Assembly: GCF_004010195.1 (NCBI RefSeq)
Contig: NC_057711.1
Coordinates: 81,014,714-81,078,713, forward strand
Direction: 5' to 3'
Source of the DNA: Chiloscyllium plagiosum
Taxonomy: Eukaryota
DNA length: 64,000 nt
Positions 49,690-61,829 of the stretch are shown one piece after another (position 1 is the first letter of the stretch; each line of letters begins with the position of its first letter). Under the pieces are notes generated by a model. It worked only from the letters and a program-made list of their open reading frames with translations, did not search any database and was not told where the DNA came from. The position numbers were made by a program, and so were the translations under genes.

Positions 49690-51010
49690 TACAAGTTGTT
49701 TTCTAATCTCTATATTCAGAAAAGAGATAAAATTAATCCAGGGAACTATAGACCAGTTAGAGTAACATTAATGTAAGGAAAGATACTGGAACCTTTGTTA
49801 AAATATCAGTTAAATACCATAACTGTGATCAAATTAGGTTTCTAAAAGGAAGTTTAAACAATTTTCCTGGAGTTTTTGAAATATAACAGAGGAGTAGACA
49901 AGAACAATGCAGTTGGTGTAGTACATGGGTCTTCAGAAAGTGTTTGAGGCCTGATGAGCCTCTGCCATTCAATAAGATTATAGCTGATACCTTTGTGATT
50001 TGAATTCCACATTGACACCTAAACTGTAAGCAATTTTCCTGGAGTTTTTGAAATATAACAGAGGAGTAGACAAGAACAATGCAGTTGGTGTAGTACATGG
50101 GTCTTCAGAAAGTGTTTGATAAAGTGCCACATAAGGCCTGATGAGGCTCTGCCATTCAATAAGATTATAGCTGATACCTTTGCGATTTGAATTCCACATT
50201 GACACCTAAACTGTAAGCTTTGATTCCTTTGTCGAACAAAAATCTATTTACCTCTGCCTTAAAAATAATCCTGCCTCCAGCATCTATCGAGACATGGTTC
50301 CAAAGTCTTAAACCTGCTGAGAGAGAGAAAAAAAGTCCTCATCTCTGTTTTAAAAGGGGCAGCCATTAATTTTACAACAGTGTCTTTAGATCTGGACTCA
50401 CTCATAAAAGGGAACATCCACGTTCAACTTGTCAAGACCACTTTGGATCATATACATTTCAACCAAGACACACCTCACAATCTTAAGCTCCAGTTAACAA
50501 ATACTAACTGTCCAACCTATCTTCATTAAACAACTTATTCATTCCAGGTATCAATTCAGTAAACTTCCTCTGAACTACCTCCAACATAATTACAACCTTT
50601 CTTCAATAAGGAGGCTACATATAGTAATTGAGATGTGGTCTCATCAATGCCCTATATAATTAAAGAATCCTGACTTTTATGCTCAGTTCCTTTTGTAATA
50701 AAGTATAGTACTAACTGTCTTTCTTGATTATGTGCTGAACCTGTACACTAATATTTTATGACTCAAACATGAGAACAGCTAGATCACTCTGCACTTTGAA
50801 AGTCTACAGTTGTCCTCTGTTTAATATTCATTTTTTATTCTTCTTGCCAAAATGAACATCTCATATAGTACTCCATCTATCAGGGTTTTGCGTACTTACT
50901 CAACCTAACTATTTACAAAAATCAGTCTTCTTCATGACATTTGTCTTCCCTACCTATCTTTGTGTCATCTGCAAATTTAGCTAATACACCTTCAATCCCC
51001 TCATCTAAAT
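49690..51010. mobile_element. CR1 plus-strand RT fragment abutting a minus-strand CR1 3' fragment
   Basis: Plus: PGNYRPV...GKILE...QKVFDKVPH up to about 50132. Minus: CR1 UTR through KFADDTKIG (ctttgtgtcatctgcaaattt at about 50958-50978). Confidence 0.8.
49859..50217. repeat. Near-identical tandem duplication (172 bp + 187 bp)
   Basis: caattttcctggag...aaactgtaag starts at 49859 and at 50031. The first unit lacks 15 bp (taaagtgccacataa) and I see two substitutions. Confidence 0.95.
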
Positions 51011-51976
51011 CCAACGTATTATCATTAGAATGTTCAACTCTCGGATCAAATAATGTGAGAAAAGATAACATTGCTCATAAAAGAATCATATTTTACGACA
51101 AACTGACCTCGCTGTTCATGGACGTAGGCATTAGGTAATACTTTTAATGAAGTTCAGGTGAAAGGTCACAGACCTGAATGGTTAACTCTGCTTCTCTCTC
51201 CAGAGATGCTGTCAGACCTGACGAATATTTTGAGAACTTCTGTACAGTATTCAGATGTTCAACATTCACAGTCTTTTTGCTTTTATACTTATCAATGATG
51301 TGCATTTAGTCAGTATGCTTCAAACTTTACCTGACCCTCTTTGATTTCCAATTCAAAGCATCTGAATCACAATTGCATAAGTGACAAAAGAAAATTATGA
51401 CTTTTCAGACCCTCGGTTTAAAGCTTTTTCTTTTTATCACTATGACTGATGCATTCTCTCAGATCTTCTTGCAAGTGAACAATGCAACACAATTCAAAAA
51501 ATGAAATGATTTCTCAATGTAAATGATGAACACATGCACATAAAAAATCAGGTTTTGCAGTATAAATAAGTTGACTCACCTTATCATTTAACTTCCTCCT
51601 ACTCCCTTGTATTTCATGTTCAAATTCCTAGCTAGATGTTTTAATGCTTTTTGTGATGATGCTAAAATGTGTAAGTAGTAATGCAGGTACCCTGCTGGTG
51701 CAGCAAGCTGATAATCAAACATATTTAGTCACAGTGGAGCTGGACATGGATTTGTGTCTGCAATTCTCCAGAGAAAGAAATTCTAATCTGTTTTGTGGTG
51801 GTATAGGAAGGACAGCACAGATGTTCCACAGTTGTGTGAGGAATACTCTGTGGGCAAATCATTTTCTGAATCTCCTCATATTGGACAGTCCCTGAGCGTC
51901 CTCAAAGCAAGTTGTTTACATACCCTGACACTCACAGAAATCTAAATAAAAGTAAAATGCAGGTAAAACGTATATC

Positions 51977-52323
51977 CAGGTAGACAATACTTCATCTGAA
52001 ATTTCGAGTCTGAAAAGCTCAGAAATCCGAAACATTTTTTTCTTGAAGTTCTTTTCTTATTAACAACGTTGTTTGGCATGCAAACAGTTAACGCAACTCC
52101 ATACCCACTCGACACAAGTCACTCAGATGTGAGGTAGTGGTGTGGCCCAGTACTGGCAGGATCAATTCTGTCTCAATGCTCATAGTAATCACAGTGGGTA
52201 TGCTGTTCAGTAATTTTAAAAATTATTTTACTATGAAAATTTCATTTAATCCTTTATCTGAAAAATTCCAAAATCCATAGGACAGCTGGTCCCAAGGGCT
52301 TCAAGTAAAGGATTGCCTACCTG
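51977..52323. mobile_element. Non-autonomous pogo/Tigger-like DNA transposon (MITE)
   Basis: TIRs caggtagacaatacttcatctgaa and reverse complement caggtaggcaatcctttacttgaa. The subterminal cttgggaccag...ggattttggaattttt resembles Tigger4/Zombi ends. The TA TSD has decayed. Confidence 0.7.
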
Positions 52324-52549
52324 TGTTACCATTGGAAAAAAATCCCCATAGCTGGGCATTTATTTGCAAAAGAAAATATAAATTCATTGACAGCATCAAA
52401 GGCAAATATTCATTTTATAATCTCTGAACTTCGTCAATAAAAATGCAGACACAATGTTCCATTGTGCGAAAAGGTTTCTAAGCTTTTCAAATTCAGTCAA
52501 ACATTCATAATGGGTGCAGCTTTCAAAACAAATCCTTCAAAGTCCACAC

Positions 52550-53310
52550 AATGAATGAATGAAGATTGAGTGATTATATTGTCATGTATATTTTACAGTG
52601 AGAAAAACAATAAAATACAAGGAGAAGCTTGAGATTGTTGTTGATCCAGCGCCAATTTGAAAAGTTTAAAATTGAGAAAAGGAAAGATATGAAGAGAGTC
52701 TATCAGTCCTAAGCCAGCTCATCATCAAAGATGCTTGTGCCACCATCCCTCCTCCACCATCTACACCAGATCCAACCAAAGGCACCATCTCTTGCCACTG
52801 GACTGATTCTACTCCACCATTGCCTTGCTGCCACCTGTGCTAGACCCATCAACATCATAGTCCCGTCTTTTTGTTGCTGGGCCCACTTTATCGATGTCAC
52901 TGTGATGCTCTTTCACCATCAGTTCACCGTTGCCAGGGCCCAACCCTACCAATGTTGAAGTTGGTAATCCACAGATACCAGGCTTACCTTGCTGATAGTA
53001 TCTCTGCTGATGTAGCAGCTGTCGATTTCCATGCCAGGCGCCATGCTCGACCTGGAAATGTACGTAGGAGCTTGCTCAAGTCCATGTTGGCCTCGCTTGT
53101 TACCACCATGAGATTCACACTGGCCCCACTTGAGTCTGCATTGGGATTCCTCGCTGCCGCCGATATCGCCTGAGCTGAAGCAAGAGGAAGATAAAAGGAA
53201 AGGTTGTAAGTAAGTATGTAAAACAAGCAAGTCAAGAAAAGAAAAAAAAATTGAGAAACATAGAAAAGAGAAGTGGTCAGAGTGGATAAGCCCCAGTTCA
53301 GGATCCCTAA
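52550..53310 (-). mobile_element. Unclassified non-autonomous retroposon-like repeat
   Basis: GC-richer body. The minus strand ends acatgacaatata...cattcattcatt, a LINE-type microsatellite tail. No recognisable ORF. Confidence 0.4.
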
Positions 53311-53989
53311 TCTGCAACCATTGTGGCTCTAATGGGGCCAATTGACATTGAAAAACCAGGTGGTGTTTTCATATGTCAGATGAGATGGCCTGTCAATCAA
53401 GAAGTGCTGCAGGTGGCTGCATTTTCTTCTAAAGTTCAGCAGTAGGTTTAGACATTTAAAATCCTATCTGTGTCATGACAGGAGGCTTTCCAATCATATG
53501 ATGGCACCATGTTAATGGGAGACATAATACACCTCATCGCTTGACAGTACTAACCAACAGCAAGCACATCCCAACCTGGGACTGCTCGAAATGAAGGGAA
53601 AGCATCTGTAAAGGATCCATAGGCCTCATGTCTCATCACCAATGGCAAGCTTAAGTTCTACAGAGAAGGGAGTGTAATCCAGACATCTCACCTTCCCATC
53701 CCCTAACCACCATCTACCCAAGCTGTGACAAAGACTGCACATCTTCAGTCATTAGAGAATGCATTTTTAGTGTGGAACCAAGTCAACTTGAACCATGGGA
53801 CAGCCTAAGAATAAAGGTACTAGCTTTCGATATGCAGCGGCTCCATCAGGTAGCGGTGGAGCAAGATCATAAGATACAGAATTTATATGAATTTATATTT
53901 CTTTCTATCTTTCCCACTAATTGTGGTCTATACAATTCAAACAATACTGAAATGGCACCACTTTTATATCTCGCACAATGCCTTACTTA

Positions 53990-54435
53990 AACAGCACTGT
54001 CATCACTGAATCCCCCTCCATCAACAGCATAGAACTCACCATTGCTTTGGTCTAGCTATATAAAAGTTGCAGGTAAGAGAGTGGGAATTCTGTGGCAAGT
54101 TATTCATCTCCTGATTCCTCAAAACCTGTACACCATCTACAATGTACAAGTCAGGATTGTGGTAGAATATTTTCCACTGCTTACATTAGTGCTATTCCAA
54201 CAATGCTCAAGAACTTCAGCACTATCCAGACTTTATTACATACTTTTAGCACAGTTTCCTTGGCAAAAGTAGCATCTTTTCCCACTTTCAGTTAACAGTC
54301 CAAAAATGGGGTCTTTACACTGTGTGGAAATTGCCACATTTTCACATTACAGCATAAACAATGCTTCAAGAATCATTTAATTGGCTGTAAAATACTGTGG
54401 GGAGTCCTATTGTTGTGAAATGCAAATTCTTTCTC
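53990..54435 (+). mobile_element. CR1/L2-group LINE fragment, followed by a possible Deu-SINE 3' remnant
   Basis: LYTIYNVQVRIVVEYFPL remnant (54042..54272). About 54330-54435 has acattacag...ttcaag...attggctgtaaa..tggg..gtcct...gtgaaa, resembling Deu/Sac-type SINE ends. Confidence 0.5.
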
Positions 54436-54644
54436 ACAGTTATCTGAATATTCATAAAAATATTCTGAATAAACTTTAGATCAGAGACTTGGAGAAATTG
54501 TGTTATCTATGTTACTAGACTTATCACACATTTCATGGCAGACTGCATTGTAGAGATCTGTTCATGGACAATTGCTCAGTTGCATTTAATTGACTTTGCA
54601 GGGTAGTTTGCATTCACTCAAGTGACAAATCCTACTCAGATTTC

Positions 54645-54831
54645 CATGATTTGGAGGTGCCGGTGCTGCACTGGGGTGAACAAAGTTAAAAATCACAGAA
54701 CACCAGGTCATAGTTCAACAGGTTTATTTGGAAGCACTAGCTTTTGAAGCACTGCCTCTTCATCAGGTGGTTGCGAAGTGCTTCCAAATAAACCTGTTGG
54801 ACTATAACCTAGTGTTGTGTGATTTTTAACT
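54645..54831. mobile_element. Fold-back PLE-terminus insertion (second family)
   Basis: Arms agttaaaaatcac...tttggaagcact and agtgcttccaaa...gtgatttttaact, with an extra ~38-nt tail on the left. Confidence 0.88.
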
Positions 54832-55036
54832 CATATATCAATCTCCTTTGATAAGCAGGTTCTGTAATGTTAAAATCCTTAAGCAAGGGAACCGTGTATG
54901 AACTATTTTTTGCTGTGTCTTTCTGGTGTGAAGCCTGATCAAATTTAATTAGTTTATTTTGGAAGCTTCACAGAATATTTTGGAAACAACTCAGCGTGTG
55001 TGAAGAGAGAAGCAGAGTTACCCCTTTTGGTTGATG

Positions 55037-55244
55037 AAGTTAAAAATCACACAACACAGGTTATAGTCCAACAGGTTTAATTGGAAGCACACTAGCTTTC
55101 GGACCGAAGTTATCACCAGATGAAGGAGTGTCGCTCCGAAAGCTAGTGTGCTTCCAATTAAACCTTTTGGACTATAACCTGGTGTTGTGTGATTTTTAAC
55201 TTTGTACACCCCAGTCCAACACCGGCATCTCCAAATCATGACTA
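55037..55244. mobile_element. Fold-back PLE-terminus insertion (second family) with exact 13-bp TSD and hammerhead-like core
   Basis: TSD cttttggttgatg at 55024-55036 and 55245-55257. Core cac-CAGATGA-a-ggagt(gtc)gctcc-GAAA-gcta-gtg at 55114-55148 has U4 changed to A. Confidence 0.93.
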
Positions 55245-55651
55245 CTTTTGGTTGATGGTCTTTTGTTCGAACTATCAGAGTTCACCTGGGCTTGCTGCTG
55301 ACGACGTTAAACATATACATTGGGATAATACAGCATACCAAATACAAAAGCAGCTGAAGATCACTAGTGGATGTTAGTATCTATTTGTATTACCTGTCTG
55401 CTTTCATGAGAGGATAATGATATCCTAGGTTGTACAACACTAATTAGTGTAATTACTATGGTTGTTAAACAATGGCAGCAGACACAGCATGAAGGGTGTC
55501 TGCTGAATAAAAACTGAATGAAAGAGAAGCTGGTGGAAATATTCAACCATGGAGGAAACAGGAACATAGAGAACATTTTATATCTTATAAATAAATATTC
55601 ATTTAGTCAGAATAAAATATGAAGTAGGTAACATGGGAAAATAGACTTTAC

Positions 55652-55866
55652 GGAGAAAGTGAGGTCTGCAGATGCTGGAGATCAAAGTTGAAACTTTATT
55701 GCTGGAACAGCACAGCAGGTCAGGCAGCATCCAGGGAACAGGAGATTCGACGTATCGGGCACAGGCCCTTCTTCAGGAATGAGAAGGGCCTGTGCCCGAA
55801 ACGTCGAATCTCCTGTTCCCTGGATGCTGCCTGACCTGCTGTGCTGTTCCAGCAATAAAGTTTCAA
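55652..55866. mobile_element. Young fold-back PLE-terminus insertion with TSD
   Basis: 85-bp arms at 55688-55772 and 55782-55866 with one mismatch and a 9-nt loop. TSD aaaatagactttac at 55638-55651 and 55865-55878. Confidence 0.95.
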
Positions 55867-56688
55867 AATAGACTTTACCCCTCAATTATGCAATGATGGA
55901 CTTCTACAGCAATTCCAGAGCTGACCTTTGATGCAATCAGCCTAACTATTGATTGCAGGCACATGCTGTGATCATAAACAAATTTACAGTCAAGTAGTGA
56001 GGTAGTTGGGAGAGTGGGGTGGCATAATGAACATCCAGAAGAATATTATTAAGGAAAGAGTTAAATCAAATTCTTGAATTGGCCTGAAGTGGATCAGTTC
56101 AGGTCAGTTTGGCAGTTCTGATTCAGGATGTAGATAGTAATTTTTTATTTTCCCTATGCTCCAGTGCACAAATGCCTAAGGAAATTTATTTGTATTTAAT
56201 AAAGCGGGCTAACACATAAAACTTAACAGTTACTCTAATTGAACACTTATGTGCCAAGTATATATACTCAAGATTGGAAGAGATGGCTCTGTTAGCGGCC
56301 AAGATAACCAATCTTTATTTATAAATTTTAACAGTAGCACTGTTCTTTACTTTTGAGAACTGTTTATTGTTGAATTGTTAAATATACTCAAAGTGTTTGT
56401 TTGAGCCAAGATTATTTCTGTCGCTGTTTAATCTTAGGTAAAAAAAAACCTTTTTCCAGGGGATTCATTAGTCAATAAATTTCTCAGCTTGAGGTACAGT
56501 TATAGAATACTGTACTTTCACCTTCAAGACTTGATTTAAAAAAAAATTATGATAAAGACATTTTATAACAGCTTTCAGATATTTTAACATGAAATAATGT
56601 TGGACATTTCCACTCAGTCCAGTACAGCTCAAAATAGGACAATTTACGACTGCATATTAGAATACAAAGAATGGTATAAAATGAAAGA

Positions 56689-56810
56689 TGAGAAGGGCTC
56701 TTGCCCGAGATGTCGATTCTCCTGTCCTCGGATGCTGCCTGACCTGCTGTGCTTCTCCAGCACCACACTCTCGACTGTGATCTCCAGCATCTGCAGTCCT
56801 CACTTACTCC
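56689..56810 (+). mobile_element. Single PLE terminus with TSD
   Basis: Same family as 16446 and 55652. Flanks tataaaatgaaaga and tataaaataaaaga match at 13/14. Confidence 0.88.
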
Positions 56811-59800
56811 TATAAAATAAAAGAAGTTATATTAATGGTGAGAAAGGGAATATAGTACAAAGAACTGTGAATGCTGATCATCTGAAATGAAAACAAAAAT
56901 TTCTGGACAAACTAAGCAGGTATGGCAGTTTATGGTGAGAAAACAGATTTAATGTTTTGAGTGCAATAATCCTTCTTTAGAACTGCTGAAAAGCCTGCTG
57001 AGTTTTTCCAGCAAGTTCTGTTCTGATTTGGATGTACACTTGTGTACATTTATGCTCTACTCATTTGCAATGATTTATTTCTCTTAAAGGGAGGAATAAA
57101 GATGGTTCCAGATACAGAAGTTTAAATTGTGGTCAATTATGTTTAGTTTCTTTGAAAGAAATGCTCTAAGGTAGCTTAACAGAACATAAGAACAAGAGTT
57201 AGCGATTGGTTCGATTACTTGTACCATCATTCAATGGCAGATTTGTGAGTTTAAAACACATACTTGACTTTATCCCAAATCACGTTTTCAACCTGAGGTT
57301 CATATATTTGGCAGGGCTTCTGTTGTGATGTAACCAGAGCTTTCTGCAGCTGAAGTATTGCTTCGACACTTTTGCATTGTGCATTTTGAGATATAAAGGC
57401 TTGTAATTCATGAACTTTTTGATATTTTTGGTACCTGTACCTGGATCTGTAATTCTCTTAGAAACTTCACTCCTTAAGTATTTCACTATTAACAAAATAT
57501 TCTGCTATCTCTTAGGTGCAAAGTATATCATCTTCAATGTAATCCATTTGTCACATATTTTCCTATTCGCTCAATTGAGCAATGTTTCTTTGTAGTTTAA
57601 CACATCCATTTACATGGCTAACAATACTGCCTACTTTCAGTCATCAACAAATTTGGATTTGTGTCTTTTTATCATCAATACTCAAGGCCCTACCATATCC
57701 TGTTGGAAAATGTAATGGTTCTGAAGAGGTTAATGTTCAAGATACATTGGATCCACCAATTCTAATGAACTCACATGCAGTCTGGAGCTCAAGAGAAGGT
57801 TTTCAATTTTACTAGAAAATTGACAATGTAAACATAGTCCATTGCAATAGGTTTTGTGGATAGTTTCTCTCTGTAAACCTGAGTGAGATTTTTCATGCTA
57901 TCTTCCACATTAACTATGGACCATGCCCTCTATAAGTTGCCACTCTCATGTTAACATGTGTTCAGCAATGGCACACTTCTGGGTCCTTCAAGGATTCCTG
58001 GGTCCAATGTTAATTTAAAAGCCTGACTGGTCATAATAGATCTGTCAAACACCATTTCATTTTCACAAAACCATGTTGACTCTGTCTGATTCTATTTTAT
58101 TTGTTAAATGTTCTGATACTACATCTTTAATAATGGAATCCAACATTTTTGCAATGGCAGACATTAGGCTAAGTGGACAAGAGTTTCTAGGTTCCTGAAT
58201 CCCTTTCTCCTTAAATTAGTTGTGTCACATTTGTAATTTTCCAATCCAGCATCTTTCCAGAATCTAAGACATTTTGGAAGATTGCTACCATTGTATCCAT
58301 TATCTCGACAGACATTTCATTTAAGATCCTTGGCTGCATGTCATCAGGTTAAGGGGACTTGTCAGATTTTAGTCCCATTAGTTTTTCTAGACATTTTTCT
58401 CTACTGTTTGTGTTTGTTAGATATTCTTCCCTCCCTTTTCTCATGTGATTTTCCACTATTCTGAGGATGTTTTCTGTATTTTAACTGTGACAACAGACAC
58501 AAAATTTGATAAAAGTCTCCGCCATTTCTTTATTTTTTATTATTACGTCCCAATGTCAATATCTAAACTACAAATGCTTATTTTAATTACTCTTTACCAT
58601 TTTTATACTTGTAGAAGTCTTTAACGTATTAATTATTTCTTGTTAGTATTTTTTATACTTCAGTTTCTCTCTTTGTTATGATCCCAACTAATGTTATTAC
58701 TAGACAAGCCAGGACACAGGCTGACTTCTGGCTTGACAGATCATATTTTGCTTTTTATTTAATAAGCTGGTCTTTCACTAAAACATAACCACACAGTGCT
58801 GCATGTCTGGTTTTGGCAATAAAACAGGGAAGCTTATTATGCAAACAGAAAGAAGATAAAATAGGATAAAAATGCTCCTTACATATAACAGAATTTGAAA
58901 CATTTCAAAATACACAGTAAAACTACAATATTACATCTATTCCAGCATTAAACCTTTAGTGTACTCAAATACCAAAGAGAGAGAAAAGCCCTTCTCGATC
59001 ACAACTAAGGGCTTGACTTAACCATTGCTTTCAGCTCCTGGTTATGAGAGTTGATCAATATTCACATAACTGAGCTTAGGTTTTCTTAGCTTCAGCATTC
59101 TAATTAAACATGCCTTTCAAAATGAAACCCTCACAGTGAGATAACCTATTTCTAACTTCTCCAAACTAACCCTTTGCTCAAGGAAAATGTTTTCATATAT
59201 CCAACTTCAACTAGGATGTCTGTGAATTGTGGCTGAACAAAATGATTCTAAACTGTGGTGTTTCCCCTAAGCAAAACAAAACAATCCCTGATGTTTCGAA
59301 CAGAAAGCAGCCTAATGGCTTTCCAATATTTATGATATCCACTCAAAACTCTTTCAATGCAAACAAACTCACTTTAACATTCCAAGACGTGATCTTATAA
59401 ACCTGAGACCTTTAATAACCATTCATAGATTGAAAGAATCATTAATCATTCTGTCTGAAATAAACTATTAAAGGACAGTGCCAAACTTATACAGGAATAG
59501 AAAGCGATTAGCCACATGGCTGTGCGGGTTCATATTATTTCACACCTTGTCGTTACCTTGTATACTTGGGTCTACCTTGTGTCTATTACTATGTTCCTCC
59601 AAAGGCATCAGCACCAATTGCAGAAGTTGAAAATGGATTTAGTTCTGCTGAGATATGATAATCCTCATGCTGCAGTGGATGAAGCATAATATATTAATTC
59701 CTTTATTTTTGTTCTATGTATGGTTATTACTCTATTTTTGGTTTGTGATTTGTTTACTGATCATTATTCTGTAATTCATTTATTGATTATTAGTTTGCTT

Positions 59801-59946
59801 ATATTTGCACCATATATTGAAATGATGTATTTTTAAATTGTGTATGGTGTAGCAACTCAGCTTGGACATAAACCAATATGGCAGCTAGAGATCAATTATT
59901 TGAGTGTTTGTTCATCAAATTAAAAATAACGTAAAAACAGGGAGAC

Positions 59947-60776
59947 GGTAATACTATAAACTTCATTAGATTAGATTACATTACATTACATTACATTACA
60001 GTGTGGAGACAGGCCCTTCGGCCCAACAAGTCCACACCGACCCGCCGAAGCGCAACCCACCCATACCCCTACATTTACTCCTTACCTTCAGAACTTTAAT
60101 AATTATTTACGGATTGAAAGAAACAGCAATAACCCTATCTGGCATAAACTATTAAAGGACAAATTTATGGGAATTGAAAGCAATTAGCCACACCTGGGAG
60201 AAGAAGGGATCAAAGCTACATGAACAAAACTTTGACATCTGCTTGATTACTGATTGCTTTATACTACAAGCACAATTGATTGCCCTACAGAAGTACTCTA
60301 AAGGTTAATCACAGGAACTCTGTGTTTTAAAATAGACAGCTAACATTGAATATAACAAGAAACAGAGGAGTTATTTCTGAAAAGAAAGCAAGTTGCAGAC
60401 TCAAGGACTCCAAATGAGTAATCAATATTTTGGATGAAAGAATTTAAAAATCATCAATATTGTCACACCACAGAACTGAAAATGACGATCGGTATAATAA
60501 TTCAACTCCAGAACTCTTCGTCAGAAGAGCTTTGAAGAACAGTTCGCAAGGATCAAATCTTAAACATCGGGGACAGACAGTGCTGTTTGGAATTATAGCT
60601 AAGTTCAACCATTAATCAGGTAAATACCAAGTTGAGTTGTGAGACTTAATTTGCTTACTTGAGGAGTCTTATTTTGGTTGCTGCATTCGATAAAGCTATA
60701 TTTGTACTTGATTGTGTGTGAGATTTCTTAACTTGTAGCCAAATTAAAGATAATTTGTGGTGATTTATCTGCAACA
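59947..60776 (+). mobile_element. Putative LTR preceded by a purine tract, with an HE1 SINE inserted
   Basis: aaaaacagggaga lies just upstream and the element ends gcaACA. Its first ~125 bp (excluding the SINE) are repeated at 59389-59516. Confidence 0.4.
59966..60085 (-). mobile_element. Young 5'-truncated HE1-type SINE
   Basis: (ttaga)(ttaca)n tail. The body matches the reverse complement of 31985-32075. cttca flanks both sides. Confidence 0.93.
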
Positions 60777-60969
60777 AATAACTTTCTTTTCATCTCTCTC
60801 TTTTTACATAGTTATCCTTTGCTGCTTTCAAAATTTTCACAATCATCTGATCTACCATGAATCTTTGCAAAATGATATGTCTTCTCTTTCAATCTGTTAG
60901 AATATTGAACTTCCTTAGCTGACCAAAGTTGTGCAACCTTCATGCAAAGCCTTTAACTCTGAACAAAAT

Positions 60970-61560
60970 ATATGGGAGCCTTAATGCACCCATTGTGCAG
61001 CCAATCAACTTACACTATTGTTTCAGCAATGGCTCCTAACCCAATGGACTTTTCTGCATCCATCTTGATTAGTATTGTGGCCAAACATAGTCACTGTCCT
61101 CTTTAATACTAAATTGGTCAGCTCCTGATATATTGATAGGCTGCAAGCTAGAGCTCCTACAACATATTCTCAGTGGAAATACAAAGAGCTGGAAAGTAGA
61201 GATTAACACTCATGGTCATCAGCACCATTAGGTACTGTGTGCTCCCTGGCTGCCTTTCTTCTCCTGGGTTGGAGCTCATCCAAAACATGGCACAGAGATC
61301 AGTGACAGCCTCCTTAGAGATGCAGTCTCCAGAGACATTGCCACTTGGGTGTTTGTAGGTAGGTAGGCTTCAGAGGGCATATCCTCTCTTCAGCGCACAG
61401 GGGTCTGTGCTTGAAGGATAAAGTCCATGAAAGGTGGCATCCCCCTTAGTGCAAGGTCTTCTTGACAGATATTTTGTAGAATCCCTTCCAACATTTTCCC
61501 TCTCTTCCTTCTTTTGAGCAATAGTAGCCTGGCAGGCTGTACCTGTATCGCTGGCCATTT
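60970..61560 (-). mobile_element. Harbinger transposase N-terminal remnant
   Basis: Minus strand has CLWRLHL.KEAVTDLCAM..DELQP and later I.CT..ALRLP/KAP-like traces across frameshifts. Confidence 0.55.
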
Positions 61561-61829
61561 TTCATAACTATTGGCTTTACCTGTCAGTGCCCATGCTGTT
61601 CCTTCATGTGTGGCATGCAGGTTTCCTTTTCATAGCTACCAAATAAAGCAGCACTGTGTCACTTCTTTATCATCCCATTTAAGCTCTTAATGTTCTGAAG
61701 CTTTGTGCTTTCTGTTAACCACCAGTAAGATTCAAATGCACCACAAAAGTGTGGTGAATTCACCAGTTTAGTTTCATAATTACCTCCCTGTTATGGTATC
61801 GACCCTCCATATTGGTCAGCATTGACAAA

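Larger units (their letters stand above)
57930..60960 (-). mobile_element. Old CR1 LINE interrupted at about 58680-60780 by LTR-like sequence
   Basis: Reverse-complement RT remnants (cacaaaaccatgttgact, ttttccaatcc, catcaggttaaggggacttgtc). CR1-like sequence resumes at about 60785. Confidence 0.7.

Noticed and set aside
49948..50150. CTGATGAG as a hammerhead core in a tandem (retrozyme-like) repeat
   Set aside because: No stem II plus GAAA follows. The sequence is a decayed CR1 3' UTR junction.
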